From positions 21,266,001 through 21,330,000 of the forward strand of contig NC_135907.1 of the NCBI RefSeq assembly GCF_964194155.1: a stretch of DNA of 64,000 nt, given 5' to 3'. Within the stretch, counting starts at the first letter, position 1; every line of letters begins with the position of its first letter. The DNA is from Cetorhinus maximus. Lineage: Eukaryota. Both the position numbers and the translations under genes were made by a program. Of this stretch, positions 51,791 to 64,000 are shown one piece after another. Under the pieces are notes generated by a model that was not told the DNA's origin, searched no databases, and worked only from the letters and a program-made list of their open reading frames with translations.

Positions 51791-52960
51791 TTTTTTAATA
51801 AGATATCTTTGGCAATTTGAAATTTGAAACTTGGGATGTAAAAGAGATCATGGTGTGGTCAGAAAAAGCAAGAGAGGATCTCCCACTTTTGTGGCAAGCA
51901 TTTATCCCTCAGGTACTAACAGAACTGGTTAATAATGAGGTTATTATTCATTGCATTGCTGCTGGAGAGGCTTTGATTTACTGTATCTGCCTATAAAACA
52001 ACAAGGCTTCACTTCAAAAATAATTAATTGGGCGTGAAGCAGTTTGAGGTGCTGTAAGGATTGAAAGACACTAAAAGTTCTTTCTTCTGGTGACAATACA
52101 GCCAAGTGGATGTGTCAGCACCAAACATAAATGTGCAGAGTGCAAAGCTGATTAATGGGTTGTAAATACTTTTGGTGGGTATGGTATGTGACTGCAAATG
52201 TGTTTAACAGCACATTTAACACAATTCAATATGGTCTATTTTATTGAGCTAGGTCTATAATTTTCAGAGTTCAAGATAAATGATATCAGCTACTGGAAGA
52301 CTACTGTCCAGCCAGTGTTGAGAAATAAAGAGCTGTCAGCATGTCTCAGTGGTTCCTATCAGGGAGTCATAAGATCATGAGTTCCAACATGACTCGAGGA
52401 CATGAGCACGCAACCTAAGCCTACTCTCCGGTGCAGTACGGAGGGAGCGCTGTATTGTCAGAGGTGCCATCATTTGGCTGAAATGTTAATCCAAGGTCCT
52501 GTTTGCATGTTCAGGATGTAAAAGATCCCCATGGCACTATGAAAAGAAAGAGCAGGGTACTCTTAACAGCGCCCTGGCCAACATCCATCCCTGAATCAAC
52601 ATCACCCAAAACAGATTAACTGGTTATTTTATCTCATTTCTAACGAGTTGTTAAACTGAGGCCCATTTTCCTTTATTTCGCAATACGCTAAAGATACAGA
52701 GTAGATAAAAGCAAAATACTGTGGATACTGGAAATCTGAAATTAAAAACAAGAAATGCTAGAAAAACTCGGCAGGTCTGGCAGTATCGCAGCTCTGAAGA
52801 AGAGTCATACGGACTCGAAATGTTAACTCTGTTCCTCTCTCCACAGATGCTGCCAGACCTGCTGAGTTTTTCCAGCATTTTCTGCTTTTGATACAGAACA
52901 GATGTCATAATCAGACTCTGTGCCATATATCATCACATAAAACAAATAAAGAATGTGCCA

Positions 52961-54776
52961 AAACAACAATAAAAATACCTGGAAAAACTCAGCAGGTCTG
53001 GCAGCATCTGCGGAGAGGAACGCAGTTAACGTTTCGAGTCCGTATGACTCTTCAACAGAACTAAGGAAAAATAGAAGAGAGGTGAAATATAAGCTGGTTT
53101 AAGGGGGGGGGGGGTGGGACAGGTAGAGCTGGATAAAGGGCCAGTGAGAGGTGGAGATAACCAAAAGATGTCACAGACAAAAGGGCAAAGAGGTGTTGAA
53201 GGTGGTGATATTATCTAAGGAATGTGCTAATAGGTGACATTAAGGGTAGAAAGCAGGACAAGCAAGGTACAGATGGCCCTAGTGGGGGTGGGGTGGGGGG
53301 AAGGGATCGAAATAGGCTAAAAGGTAGAGATAAAACAATGGATGGAAATACATTTAAAAATAATGGAAATAGGTGGGAAAAGAAAAATCTATATAAATTA
53401 TTGGAAAAAAAGGGGGGGGATTGGAAAGGGGGTGGGGATGGAGGAGAGAGTTCATGATCTGAAGTTGTTGAACTCAATATTCAGTCCGGAAGGCTGTAAA
53501 GTGCCTAGTCGGAAGATGAGGTGCTGCTCCTCCAGTTTGCGTTGGGCTTCACTGGAACATTGCAGCAGGCCGAGGGCGGACATGTGGGCATGAGAGCAGG
53601 GTGGAGTGTTGAAATGGCAAGCGACAGGGAGGTCTGGGTCATGCTTGCGGACAGACCGAAGGTGTTCTGCAAAGCTGTCACCCAGTCTGCATTTGGTCTC
53701 TCCAATGTAGAGAAAACCGCATTTGGAGCAGCGAATGCAGTAGACTAAATTGAGGGAAAAGCAAATGAAATGCTGCTTCACTTGAAAGGAGTGTTTGGGC
53801 CCTTGGACGGTGAGGAGGGGGGAAGTAAAGGGGCAGGTGTTGCACCTTCTGCGGTTACATGGGAAGGTGCCGTGGGAAGGGGTTGAGGTGTAGGGGGTGA
53901 TGGAGGAGTAGACCAGGGTGTCCCGGAGGGAACGATCCCTGCGGAAAGCCGCCGGGGGGGGTGAAGGGAAGATGTGTTTGGTGGTGGCATCATGCTGGAG
54001 TTGGCGGAAATGGTGGAGGATGATCCTTTGAATGCGGAGGCTGATGGGGTGATAAGTGAGGACAAGGGGGACCCTATCATGGTTCTGGGAGGGAGAGGAA
54101 GGTGTGAGGGCAGATGCGCGGGAGATGGGCCGGACACGGTTGAGGGCCCTGTCAACCACCGTGGGTGGAAAACCTTGGTTAAGGAAGAAGGAGGACGTGT
54201 CAGAGGAACTTTTTTGGAAAGTGGCATCATCAGAATAGATGCGATGGAGGCGAAGGAACTGAGAGAATGGGATGGAGTCCTTACAGGAAGCGGGGTGTGA
54301 GGAGCTGTAGTCGAGGTAGCTGTGGGAGTCGGTAGGCTTGTAAAGGATACTGATGGACAGTCTATCACCAGAAATTGAGACAGAGAGGTCAAGGAAGGGA
54401 AGTGTCAGAGATGAACCATGTGAAAATGATGGAGGGGTGGAGATTGGAAGCAAAATTAATAAATTTTTCCAGGTCCAGACGAGAGCATGATGCAGCACCA
54501 AAGTAATCATCGATGTACCGGAGAAAGAGTTGTGGGAGGGGGCCGGAGTAGGACTGGAACAAGGAATGTTCCACATACCCCATAAAGAGACAGGCATAGC
54601 TGGGGCCCATGCAGGTACCCATAGCCACACCTTTTATTTGGAGGAAGTTAGAGGAGTTTAAGGAGAAATTGTTCAGTGTGAGAACAAGTTCAGCCAGACG
54701 GAGGAGAGTAGTGGTGGATGGGGATTGTTCGGGCCTCTGTTCGAGGAAGAAGCGGAGAGTCCTCAGACCATCCCGG
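52961..54776 (-). mobile_element. Penelope-like retroelement (family 1), 5'-truncated, RT C-terminal part plus GIY-YIG
   Basis: GPSYACLFMGY...RYIDD and NLVYCIRC...YIGETKCRLGDSFAEH; 14-bp TSD taaagaatgtgcca at 52947-52960 and 54777-54790. Confidence 0.93.
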
Positions 54777-54799
54777 TAAAGAATGTGCCATATCAGCCG

Positions 54800-55500
54800 A
54801 TCTTCTTACTTGAGTTAAACAAAATGGCGTCTACTATTCTTCAGTGATTCCAACCTCCCTGTCTCAACAAAGCCCTCACAGACAATAGGCACTTGGTGGT
54901 ACAGAACTTGAGCATTGAGTGTTTGCGATAGGCAGAATACTGACTGTACTCAACCAGCCCCTGCCTGCCAAACTCAGAGCGTGATTTTTTTTCTCTTTAG
55001 TTCTGATGAAGAGTCATACGGACTCGAAACGTTAACTCTGTCTTCCTCTGCACAGATGCTATCAGACCTGCTGAGTCTTTCCAGCTATTCTTGTTTTGGT
55101 TTCAGAACGTGATGTCTAAGATGGTCTTATTGGATGTGACTGTGTGACAGCACTTGCTGAACAATCCTGAGTGTGCTAAGAATTACACTAATAACCAATT
55201 TAAGTTTATCAGCCGGGCTCACAACGTGGCTCGCTTACACTTGCTAGAAGCTACATATATTCATATGTCCTCTGCAGGCAAAAGGAATGTGTTCAGGCAT
55301 TGCGCCTTCTTTGAATTAAACAAACGCTTTGGTGCATTCTCCATGGCAATGCCTCGACCAATCAGAGGTGACTTGCCAACCAATCAGCACCCTTTACTCG
55401 TGCAGTATAAATTGTTGTTTCCTTTGAAATTTGGCCTTCTTGCATTTGTCCTGATGAGTGCAGGATGAAAAACTTCAACAGCATGTCTCTTTTTTCCTGC
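54800..55500 (+). mobile_element. Penelope-like (family 2) 3' end with a family 1 end nested at ~54986-55101
   Basis: HLLNNPECAKNYTNNQFKFISRAHNVARLHLLEATYI (C-terminus of a PLE GIY-YIG-type domain), followed by a terminal unit with ctgatgagtgcaggatgaaa. Confidence 0.7.
54999..55037 (+). ncRNA. Minimal hammerhead ribozyme motif (family 1), best-preserved core
   Basis: AGTT-CTGATGA-A-GAGTC(ATACG)GACTC-GAAA-CGTT-AACT; stem I AGTT/AACT, 5-bp stem II, palindromic AACGTT stem III. Confidence 0.7.
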
Positions 55501-56209
55501 AAAGCTCACAGACAATATGTCGGTTGAACATCTCACACAATCCCTCAACCTGACAATCCGCCAGTGCTGAAATAAACATAGGTCATCCTGGGGGCGCTTG
55601 GCGGGTCAAGCAGCATCAGCGAAGGGAGGAAAAGTAGGGTTAACATTCCAACCTTTCGTAAGAACCGAAAGGTCACCATTCCTCCTCTACATAGATGGCG
55701 CCTGACTCAGCCGGTGTTTCCAGCATTTTCTGTTCTTGTTTCAGATTTTCGGCATCCGCACTATTTTAACTTTAGTTCTCCCTCAGTACTGCATCAGCAT
55801 GTGTTAGGCATGCAAGTCCTGGAGTGGAGCTTGAGCCCATTTGGCTTCCTGGCTGAGTCATGGTGACATCACTTTCTTTCCCGGCACTGACTGGACAGTC
55901 GCCAGACATCAGCTGCTATTGTTCATCACGCATCCTGAAACTATCAGTCTAACTTGGATGAGAAAGGCCATATTAAGTCGCCGTTTGCTGGGCTGGCTTG
56001 TGTCCGCCAACCTGACCTGCTTGTGGGATCCTGCTGTGCGTACAAGTGCCCGCTGAATTCGCCTTCGAAATAACAGTGAGAATACTGAAATAGGAGTTCA
56101 TGAAGTGCTTTGGGGTGTCCTGAGAATGTGACAGGTGCCATATAAATGCAATTTCTTTCTTATGTATGACTTATCGGCGGCCTGAATCCTAAGCTCTGGA
56201 ATTTTAAAA

Positions 56210-56640
56210 AAATTCATCCATGGGATTTGGGCTTCGCTGGCTAGACCAGCATTTATTGCCCATCCCTAGTTGCCCTTGAGAAGGTGGTGGTGAGCTGCCT
56301 TCTTGAACCGCTGCAGTCCCTGTGGTGTAGGTACACCCACTGTGCAGTTAGGGAGGGCGTTCCAGGATTTTGACCCAGTGACAGTGAAGGGTACGGCCGA
56401 TATATTTCCAAGTCAGGATGGTGAGTGGCTTGGAGGGGAACTTCCAGGTGGTGGTGTTCCCATCTATCTGCTGCCCTTGTCCTTTTAGATGGTAGTGATC
56501 ATGGGTTTGGAAGGTGGGGTCTAAGAAGACTTGGTGTGTTGCTGCAGTTCATCCTGTAGATGGTACACACACTGCTGCTATTGTGGTGGTGGAGGGAGTG
56601 AATATTTGTGGATGGGGTGCCAATCATGCGGGGCTGCTTT
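56210..56640 (-). mobile_element. CR1/L2-clade LINE 3' end
   Basis: Reverse complement of the family tail and body. Confidence 0.7.
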
Positions 56641-56867
56641 ATCTCAGCCTACCTCTATGACCAAGTTTTTGGTCACTTATCCTAATATCTCTTTACATGG
56701 CTCTAGTTTGATAATCGCTCCTGGGAATCACCATGAGGCATTGTTAACCATGTTAAAGGTGCTATATAAATGCAAGTTGTTGTTCCTTTTTACAGTCTGT
56801 GTGCTACAAATGTAGGAGACGTCATAGGAACACGCATGAGTCATACGGTTCCAATGACAGAGGTGTG

Positions 56868-57245
56868 CAGGTGTACAAGATTACGAGGGGCATGGACAGG
56901 GTGGATAGGGAGCAGCTGTTCCCCTTAGTTGAAGGGTCAGTCACGAGGGGACACATGTTCAAGGTGAGGGGCAGGAGGTTTAGGGGGGATGTGAGGAAAA
57001 ACTTTTTTACCTAGAGGATGATGAAGGGTCTGGAATGCACTGCCTGGGAGGGTGGTGGAGGCGGGTTGCCTCACATCCTTTAAAAAGTACCTGGATGAGC
57101 ACTTGGCACATCATAACATTCAAGGCTGTGGGCCAAGTGCTGGTAAATGGGATTAGGTAGGTAGGTCAGGTGTTTCTCACGTGTCGGTGCAGACTCGATG
57201 GGCCGAAGGGCCTCTTCTGCACTGTGAGATTCTGTGATTCTGTGA
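56868..57245 (+). mobile_element. Young CR1 3' end
   Basis: VYKITRGMDRVDREQLFPLVEGSVTRGH...; tail gattctgtgattctgtga; the same tail is inserted at ~15385-15475. Confidence 0.85.
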
Positions 57246-57827
57246 CAGAGAACGGTTCCCTTTTACATGATGTGCACTGCATACGTACAGGGAACTGTCA
57301 GCCACATGTGAGTGTATGGTACTAGATGGTGGTGGAATTGTTCCCTTTTTCCCTCTCGAGAGCTGACACTGAGACAGGCAGGAACTGTACGAGGGTTGAG
57401 AGGTTCTGCAGCCATTAGCCTAAGCTTTCAGGCAGTAACTTCTTGACTCAGTCACTACCCTCTGGGTGAAAAAATTCTCAACTCTCCCCTAAGGCTTCTA
57501 TCAGTTACTTTAAATCTATGGCCCCTGATGATTGATCTCCTTGCTCATAGAAATAGAACCTTCCTATCCGCTACCATCTAGATCACTTATAATTTTATAC
57601 TCTTCAATTAGATCTCTCCCCCAGCCTCCTCTCTGCCAAAGAAAGTGACCCCTGCCTCTCCAATCTTTCCTCATAGTCAGATTCTCCAATTCCTGACCCT
57701 CTGCAAATCTCCCATGTACCCTGTCTAATGCCATCATGTCCTCCCTGTGGAGCAGGAACTAGAACTGTACACAGTACCGTAGCTGTGGCCTAACAATAGC
57801 CTAACTACATGTTCAAGACTTATCACG

Positions 57828-57988
57828 AACACACAAACATGCACATACACACTCACATACACACAAGCACATACACAAAGACATACACACACACACAAGC
57901 ACATATACACACATACAAGCACATACACACACACATATAAGCACATGCACACACTCAAGCATGTACACAGACACAGACACACGCACAT
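57828..57988. repeat. Degenerate (CA)n microsatellite
   Basis: acac/acat runs. Confidence 0.85.
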
Positions 57989-58325
57989 GAGATGTACAGG
58001 ACTATACGGGAGGAAATTGTTCCCCTTTAATCGACATACTGCACACAGGAGCTGACTCTGAAACAAACATGCCTGTTTTAACACTGTGTTCTGTACACCA
58101 GCAGGAGCTGACACAAAAGCTGCACAGTCAGTGTTGACAGTTACTGGCAACCTGCAATGACTCATCCCTGACGTCGTTTTTAGACAGTCTGTCTCTGATG
58201 ATATACAATAGCAAAAATCTGTTGCACAAAAATGGAAGATTTTATGAAAGGCTGTTCACAGTTCACCTTCTACACCCATCCCATCTTATCGCCTCGAGGC
58301 TGGATATGGCTTGTGATTACATACA

Positions 58326-59344
58326 GAGATAAAAGCAAAGAACTGCGGATGCTGGAAATCCAAAACAAAAACAGAAACAAAAATACCTGGTAAAACTCAG
58401 CAGGTCTGGCAGCATCTGCGGAGAGGAACACAGTTGACGTTTCGAGTCCGAATGACCCTTCAACAGAACTAAGTAAAAATAGAAAAGGGGTGAAATATAA
58501 GCTGGTTTAAGGGGAGGGTTGGGACAAGAAGAGCTGGATAGAGGGCCAGTGATAGGTGGAGATAACCAAAAGATGTCACAGACAAAAGGACAAAGCGGTG
58601 TTGAAGGTGGTGATATTATCTAAAGGAATGTGCTAATTAAGGGTAGAAAGCAGGACGAGCAAGGTACAGATAGCCCTAGTGGGGGTGGGGTGGGGTGAAG
58701 GAATCTAAAAAGGCTAAAAGGTAGAGATAAAACAATGGATGGAAATACATTTAAAAATAATAGAAATAGGTGGGAAAAGAAAAATCTGGAAAAAACAAAA
58801 ACGAGGGGGATAAACAGAAAGGGGGTGGGGATGGAGGAGAGAGTTCATGATCTAAAATTGTTGAACTCAATATTCAGTCCGGAAGGCTGTAAAGTGCCTA
58901 GTCGGAACACCTATTTCCATTATTTTTAAATGTATTTCCATCCATTGTTTTATCTCTACCTTTTAGCCTTTTTAGATTCCTTCACCCCACCCCACCCCCA
59001 CTAGGGCTATCTGTACCTTGCTTGTCCTGCTTTCTACCCTTAATTAGCACATTCCTTTGGATAATATCACCACCTTCAACACCTCTTTGTCCTTTTGTCT
59101 ATGACATCTTTTGGCCATCTCCACCTATCACTGGCCCTTTATCCAGCTCTACCTGTCCCACCCCCCTTAAACCAGCTTATATTTCACCCCTTTTCTATTT
59201 TTCCTTAGTTCTGTTGAAGAGTCATGCGGACTCGAAACGTTAACTGTGTTCCTCTCCGCAGATGCTGCCAGACCTGCTGAGTTTTTCCAGGTATTTTTGT
59301 TTTAGTTTTCGATTTCCAGCATCCGCAGTTTTTTGCTTTTATCT
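58326..59344. mobile_element. ~1-kb palindrome of two inverted Penelope family 1 3' ends
   Basis: Arms ~58326-58772 and ~58908-59344 are near-perfect reverse complements; the spacer contains the GIY-YIG C-terminal codons. Confidence 0.88.
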
Positions 59345-60404
59345 TTGGGCAGAGGAGAAAACTGTCTGCCCTGGATCCTCGTTGTCCGGTACTGTGAGAT
59401 GTCAACATCAGAAGAAACACAGTCATGATGACGTCCCTGCAGTTCCAACAGTGCCGGTTAATTCAACTTTGCCATCTGAGGGACAGTTTGTACAGGTCTC
59501 TGTGCCTTTGTGGTATCGTAAACGCAGCATGGAGTTGTCCACAGTTTGGCATCTAAAGAATTTGCAAAGTCACTTTAAAGCAATTGCGCTGATGATGCTT
59601 CAAGAATTGCCAAATCTAATGAAACTTTCCCGGCATGTCAACAATGTGACATTGCAACTCTAATGATGTATGATTGAGAGTGACTCAGCAACGTGAGGGA
59701 ACTGAATTAGCAAAATTAAAGATAATATCACTGACACAGAGTCCTGGTTGGGAACAATCAACAAAGATATATTCCGCGTGACATGCGCCTGATGACCAAT
59801 GTTCCCTCTAAATTTTCTCTGTTGAGTTACAAAATCCTCTGGGCACCTACTTCTACATCCACGGGCAACTTACATTTTAAAAGTCACTGAACTTACACAA
59901 ATTTCTGAGCAGTCTGTTTATCTTAGTGTGTGGTACATTCCTGACTGCTGTGTGGTAACATATACACGGACCTTAAAGTGAACATTACTCAAGCCCCTCG
60001 CTGCACATGCTCCTCTTTGTTAGGTGTCCCTCACTATTCTAAACCTGCTCCACAACTCTCACTATAGCTAATGTACATCCTTATAGCCCTGCTGAAAATA
60101 TGTAAATGGCATAAATGTGGCCTATTTCTTGACCCAGTTTGCGCTATTTTAGAAAGAGTGCATTTAACTATTTTGAAGTTAATAATCATAGGTCCGTTGG
60201 GATTCTACATTCTCTCATCACTGTTTCTCCCTGATTTAGTCTCTCATTACCTCTCTCTTGACCCGCCCTTTGCTTCTCAATTCCTAACGCTGCTCTCCTT
60301 GCCACTCTGCTCTCTTGTCATTATTTCCCTACTCCCTCTCATGTCTCTTTCTCTCTCTCTCTCTCTCTCCCACACACAGACACATTCTTTTTCTAATAAA
60401 AAAA

Positions 60405-60610
60405 TTCAGAAAATGCTGAAAAAACTCAGCAGGTCTAACAGCATCTGTGGAGAGAAAAACAGTCCTCTTCAGAGCTTCTTCAGAGTCATAAGAACGCAAA
60501 ACGTTAACTCTGTTTTTCTCTCCGCAGATGCTGTTAGACCTGCTGAGTTTTTCCAGCATTTTCTGTTTTTGTTTCAGATTTCCAGCATCCGCAGTATTTT
60601 GCTTTTTTCT
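60405..60610. mobile_element. Short inverted Penelope-end unit
   Basis: cagaaaatgctg...ctcagcaggtctaacagcatctg and its reverse complement, around a decayed hammerhead. Confidence 0.75.
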
Positions 60611-60669
60611 CTAATTTCTAATGGCCTGGTCTCTTCCTGCTCCATGAGAGTGCATGTTCCGGGTCAAAG

Positions 60670-61045
60670 GGAGATGATGGTATAATGGTAATGTCACTGA
60701 ACTAGTAATCCACAGGTCAAGGCTAATGGCCTGTGCACATGGGTTCAAATCAATTAATAAATCTGGAATATAAAGCCAGTCTCAGTCATGGTGACCATTG
60801 CTGTAAAAACCCATCTGGTTCCACTAGCGTCCTTTAGGGAAGGAAATCTGCCAATCTTACCTGGTCTGGCCTATATGTGACTCCAGACCCACAGCAATGT
60901 GGTAACTGTCCCCTGAAATGGCCTAGCAATCCACTCAGTTCGAGCGCAGTTAGGGATGGGTGACAAATGCTGACCTTGCCAGCGACGCCCACATGATGGG
61001 TGACAAATGCTGACCTTGCCAGCGACGCCCACATCCCATGAAAGG
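60670..61045 (+). mobile_element. tRNA-derived SINE with a 39-nt tandem duplication in its tail
   Basis: Family match; gatgggtgacaaatgctgaccttgccagcgacgccccacat occurs twice. Confidence 0.75.
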
Positions 61046-62429
61046 ATAAAGGAAAAGAAAAGGAATGTCAGTGGCAGCTTAACACTGAGGGCAATTTCTG
61101 CCACTATTTGGAAAGTTGTTCCCAAACATTAGTAGCAACACAACAAGAACTATAGCCTTGAGCTGTAATCTACTGGCTCAGCACTGTAAGTACCAGCCTG
61201 ATGAACTTTCCCAACAGCAACAGTTTATAAGAATAACAAGTAACATATTATTTTAGTTGAGCTTTGGGAAAAGATTGAGAAAGTAATGAACAATTTAGAT
61301 TGCTTCGAATGGATAAAGTTGAAATTAATGGCCTGTGTCAATAAAAGTGAAGGTTCAAAGGTAAATTTCCAAAGGTTAATCTAATCAGTAAATTATATTT
61401 GCACTGTGATTCATGATAGGATTTCAATCACATTTTCAACCAGAAAACTGAGTCAAGGTGACTGCAATATTAACTATAACACTTGTTCCAGATAGGTACT
61501 GGTTTAACCATCAGAAAATGCAGCCATTAAAATGGGTACACAAGTGTGTTCATCCTTGTCTATGTCTGTGTGTGCCTATGTATATGTGTCTATGCCCATA
61601 CATGTGTGTACATCTATGTCTGTGTCCATCCATATGCAGTTGTATGTCCTTGCATTTGTATTTATATTTGTATAAATATGTGGTAGCGCGCATGTTAAAT
61701 GTTTAGATATATGTGCTAAATCATCTCTTTTTATAGAACCAGGCTTGACATCTGCTCCCAGCAGTTCCTCTACACCACTTCTTCACCAAGCCAGGAATGA
61801 ACCATTCTCTATTTACTGATACAGCGACACACAGAGGCCATATGTAAACAGGCTAGAGTGAATTGTTTCCCCCTTACCCACTCTGTACACATAGAGGAAC
61901 TGACCTACGCACAAGTCTTCTAGTTATAATTAGTTTGGGTTTAAGCCCTGCTCCAGAGGCTACAGCAGTTAACCTGGTACTTCCAGTGCAGCCCTGCTCA
62001 AATGCTGCACTGTCAGAGAAACCGAGGCCCACCTGCTCTCAGGTGGATGTAAAATATCACCAAACGCTATTTTGAAGAACATGTGAGTTTTCCCCAATGT
62101 CCTGGGCTAATGTTTATCCCTCAACCAACATCACAAAGTCAGATTATTTGATCACTATCACATTGTCGTTTGTGGGAGCTTGCTGTGCACAAATTGGCTG
62201 CAGCGTTTCCTACATTACAACAGTGACTACATTTCCAAAGTACTGCATTGGCTGTAAAGCACTCTGGGACATCTTGAGGTTGAGAGAGGCGCTATGGAAA
62301 TTCAGGTCTTTCTTCCATTTTTTTAATTCATTCACAAGAGGTGGGCATCACTGGCAGGGCCAGCATTTGTTGCCCATCCCAAGTTGTCCTTGAGAAGGTG
62401 TTGGTGAGCTGCTTTCTTGAACCTGCTGT

Positions 62430-62935
62430 GTGAACATGTACAAACTGATAATGAGACACATACGAGACATAGAGTAGATCGGTTCCGCTGGACAGCACAA
62501 GTTGCTCATGTGCCTGACGCCAGAGACCCAAAGCAGCCGCTTTACTCAGAACTCGGTAAGGAGACTCCCAGGAGGACAGCAGAAGCGCCCTTGGGATGTC
62601 CTCAAAGCCTTCCCTGGAGAGAGCAACACTGGCACTGACTCACGGGAAACCCTGGCTCGTGACCGGCCAAAATGGAGAAGGTTCAATCGGGAGGGCACCC
62701 AGCACGTCCAGAGACTTCATCGGGAAACGTGCAGAGGCAAAGTCGAGGCATCGGAAGGGGGCGCACAAACCTCCAGACGACCCATCTACCCGACCCTTCG
62801 AGCGTCGCCTGCCCTGCAGGTGGAAAAATCTGCAGATCACACGTTGGATTTATCAGCCATCTCAGAACCCATGGAACCAGAGTGGAAGCCAGTCATCCGC
62901 GATCCCGAGGACCTGCCTAAGGAAAATAAGACATA
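62430..62935 (+). mobile_element. RTE-clade LINE 3' fragment with a C-terminal zinc-finger remnant
   Basis: Frame remnants PKQPLYSEL, RLPGGQQKRPWDVLKA, ETLARDRPKWRR and CPAGGKICRSHVGFISHLRTH. Confidence 0.7.
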
Positions 62936-64000
62936 GTAGTCGGCAGGAGGGAAGGAATTTCTTTAAACCAGTGTGTATTGTCAATACACAGAAGCAAACA
63001 TTGAGATCTGCACAGTACCAATGGGAGTAAATTGTTACTTGTGACCTAGGGTTCTTATCTCTATCTCTATCTACCTACTGCAGTGATAGGTGCGCTGGGT
63101 GAGGGGACCATTCGGAGGGTAATGGACATTTCTGTAACAGTTTAGCCTCTGCATGGCCAGCTTCTGTCCTTTCTGAGTGAACCCAAGCCCAGTGTTACCC
63201 TGTTCTGTGTGCGCAGTGTAAAGTGTGGGCCTCAAACTCCATTAGCTTCTATTTCAATTGCCAGAAATGGTGCAGTGTGTTATTTTATTACCCATCATTG
63301 TTTACACTTGCCCAGGTCAAAGGTTCAGGATTGTGACAAAGTTCAATCCCATTATCTCAGCCGTATCTTGTGATCCTTGTCCCCTGCCTGTTATCATTAT
63401 GTTAAGTCATTGTGGAGACACAAATTTTGCCTCAATAAACCTATCACTGTTTCAATCTTGTTTATTTTGGTGAGTTAGGCAACACCAGCCCCTAGAATAG
63501 ATGGGGGTTGTTAGGATCTGGGTCATTCACTGACAGTCAGATTCACAGACGGGAGGCTGAGGGTTTTCCACTGGTCCCAGGATCAGAGAATGGGTCAATG
63601 CCAGTGAGGGTGGGGAGAGGTGGGGTGGTGTGTTCCGAGGGGGCAGAGGAGAGGCAGGCATTCTGAGCGATGGGGTAAATCCTGGGAGGGTCCGGGCATA
63701 TGCCAATACTGGGTTGGAGGGGGGAATTAGGAGGGGTGGCGGGTGGGTGTTGGAGCGGAGGCTTCATGGGAAAGGTCGGGGGTTAAGGGGGAGTGGTGTC
63801 TGACAGCAGGGCATTGCCCAAACTGGATTCAGCAGCCCAACCCTGGGTAAAGCTGCCGGGTTTCAGAAAACCAAGCCAGGCCTAGCTAAATTCAAAATTG
63901 GAATAACACTAAGGCTCTACAGCCTCATTATAATATTTAAAGTGTCAACCCACATCCACAGAGTGGATTGGCTGCCCATCCACCACCCCATCCTTATTAA

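Noticed and set aside
60071-60685. 204-aa hydrophobic ORF
   Set aside because: It is composed of a CT-rich tract, a microsatellite and an inverted Penelope end; no recognisable domain.

Overview
This is a repeat-rich vertebrate genomic window, probably from a cartilaginous fish; that is inferred from the CR1, Penelope and DeuSINE-like repeat mix. It holds a tandem cluster of five intron-containing ferritin loci with the same exon plan: phase-0 introns and core exons of 102/147/126/~155 nt. Locus A (-; exons 1-3 at 103-3231, exon 4 outside the window) has a TATA box and no IRE. Locus B (-; only exons 3-4 found, 6764-9117) has its E-helix replaced by a minisatellite-encoded tail. Locus C (-; 17454-26182, 175 aa) has a degenerate ferroxidase site and no IRE. 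Locus D (+; 33582-44343, 234 aa) has an obligatory 60-aa Arg-rich, acid-free N-terminal leader and a CpG/YY1-rich promoter, so it is a candidate spliced mitochondrial (or secreted) ferritin. Locus E (-; 46912-48557, 176 aa) is a canonical M/H-type ferritin with a textbook cap-proximal IRE and an ARE. The rest is mostly transposons: CR1-clade LINEs, an RTE fragment, tRNA-derived SINEs, Harbinger-like elements and two Penelope-like families. The Penelope-like elements have target-site duplications and many minimal hammerhead-ribozyme motifs, often in inverted pairs. All calls come from manual reading; no database searches were run.
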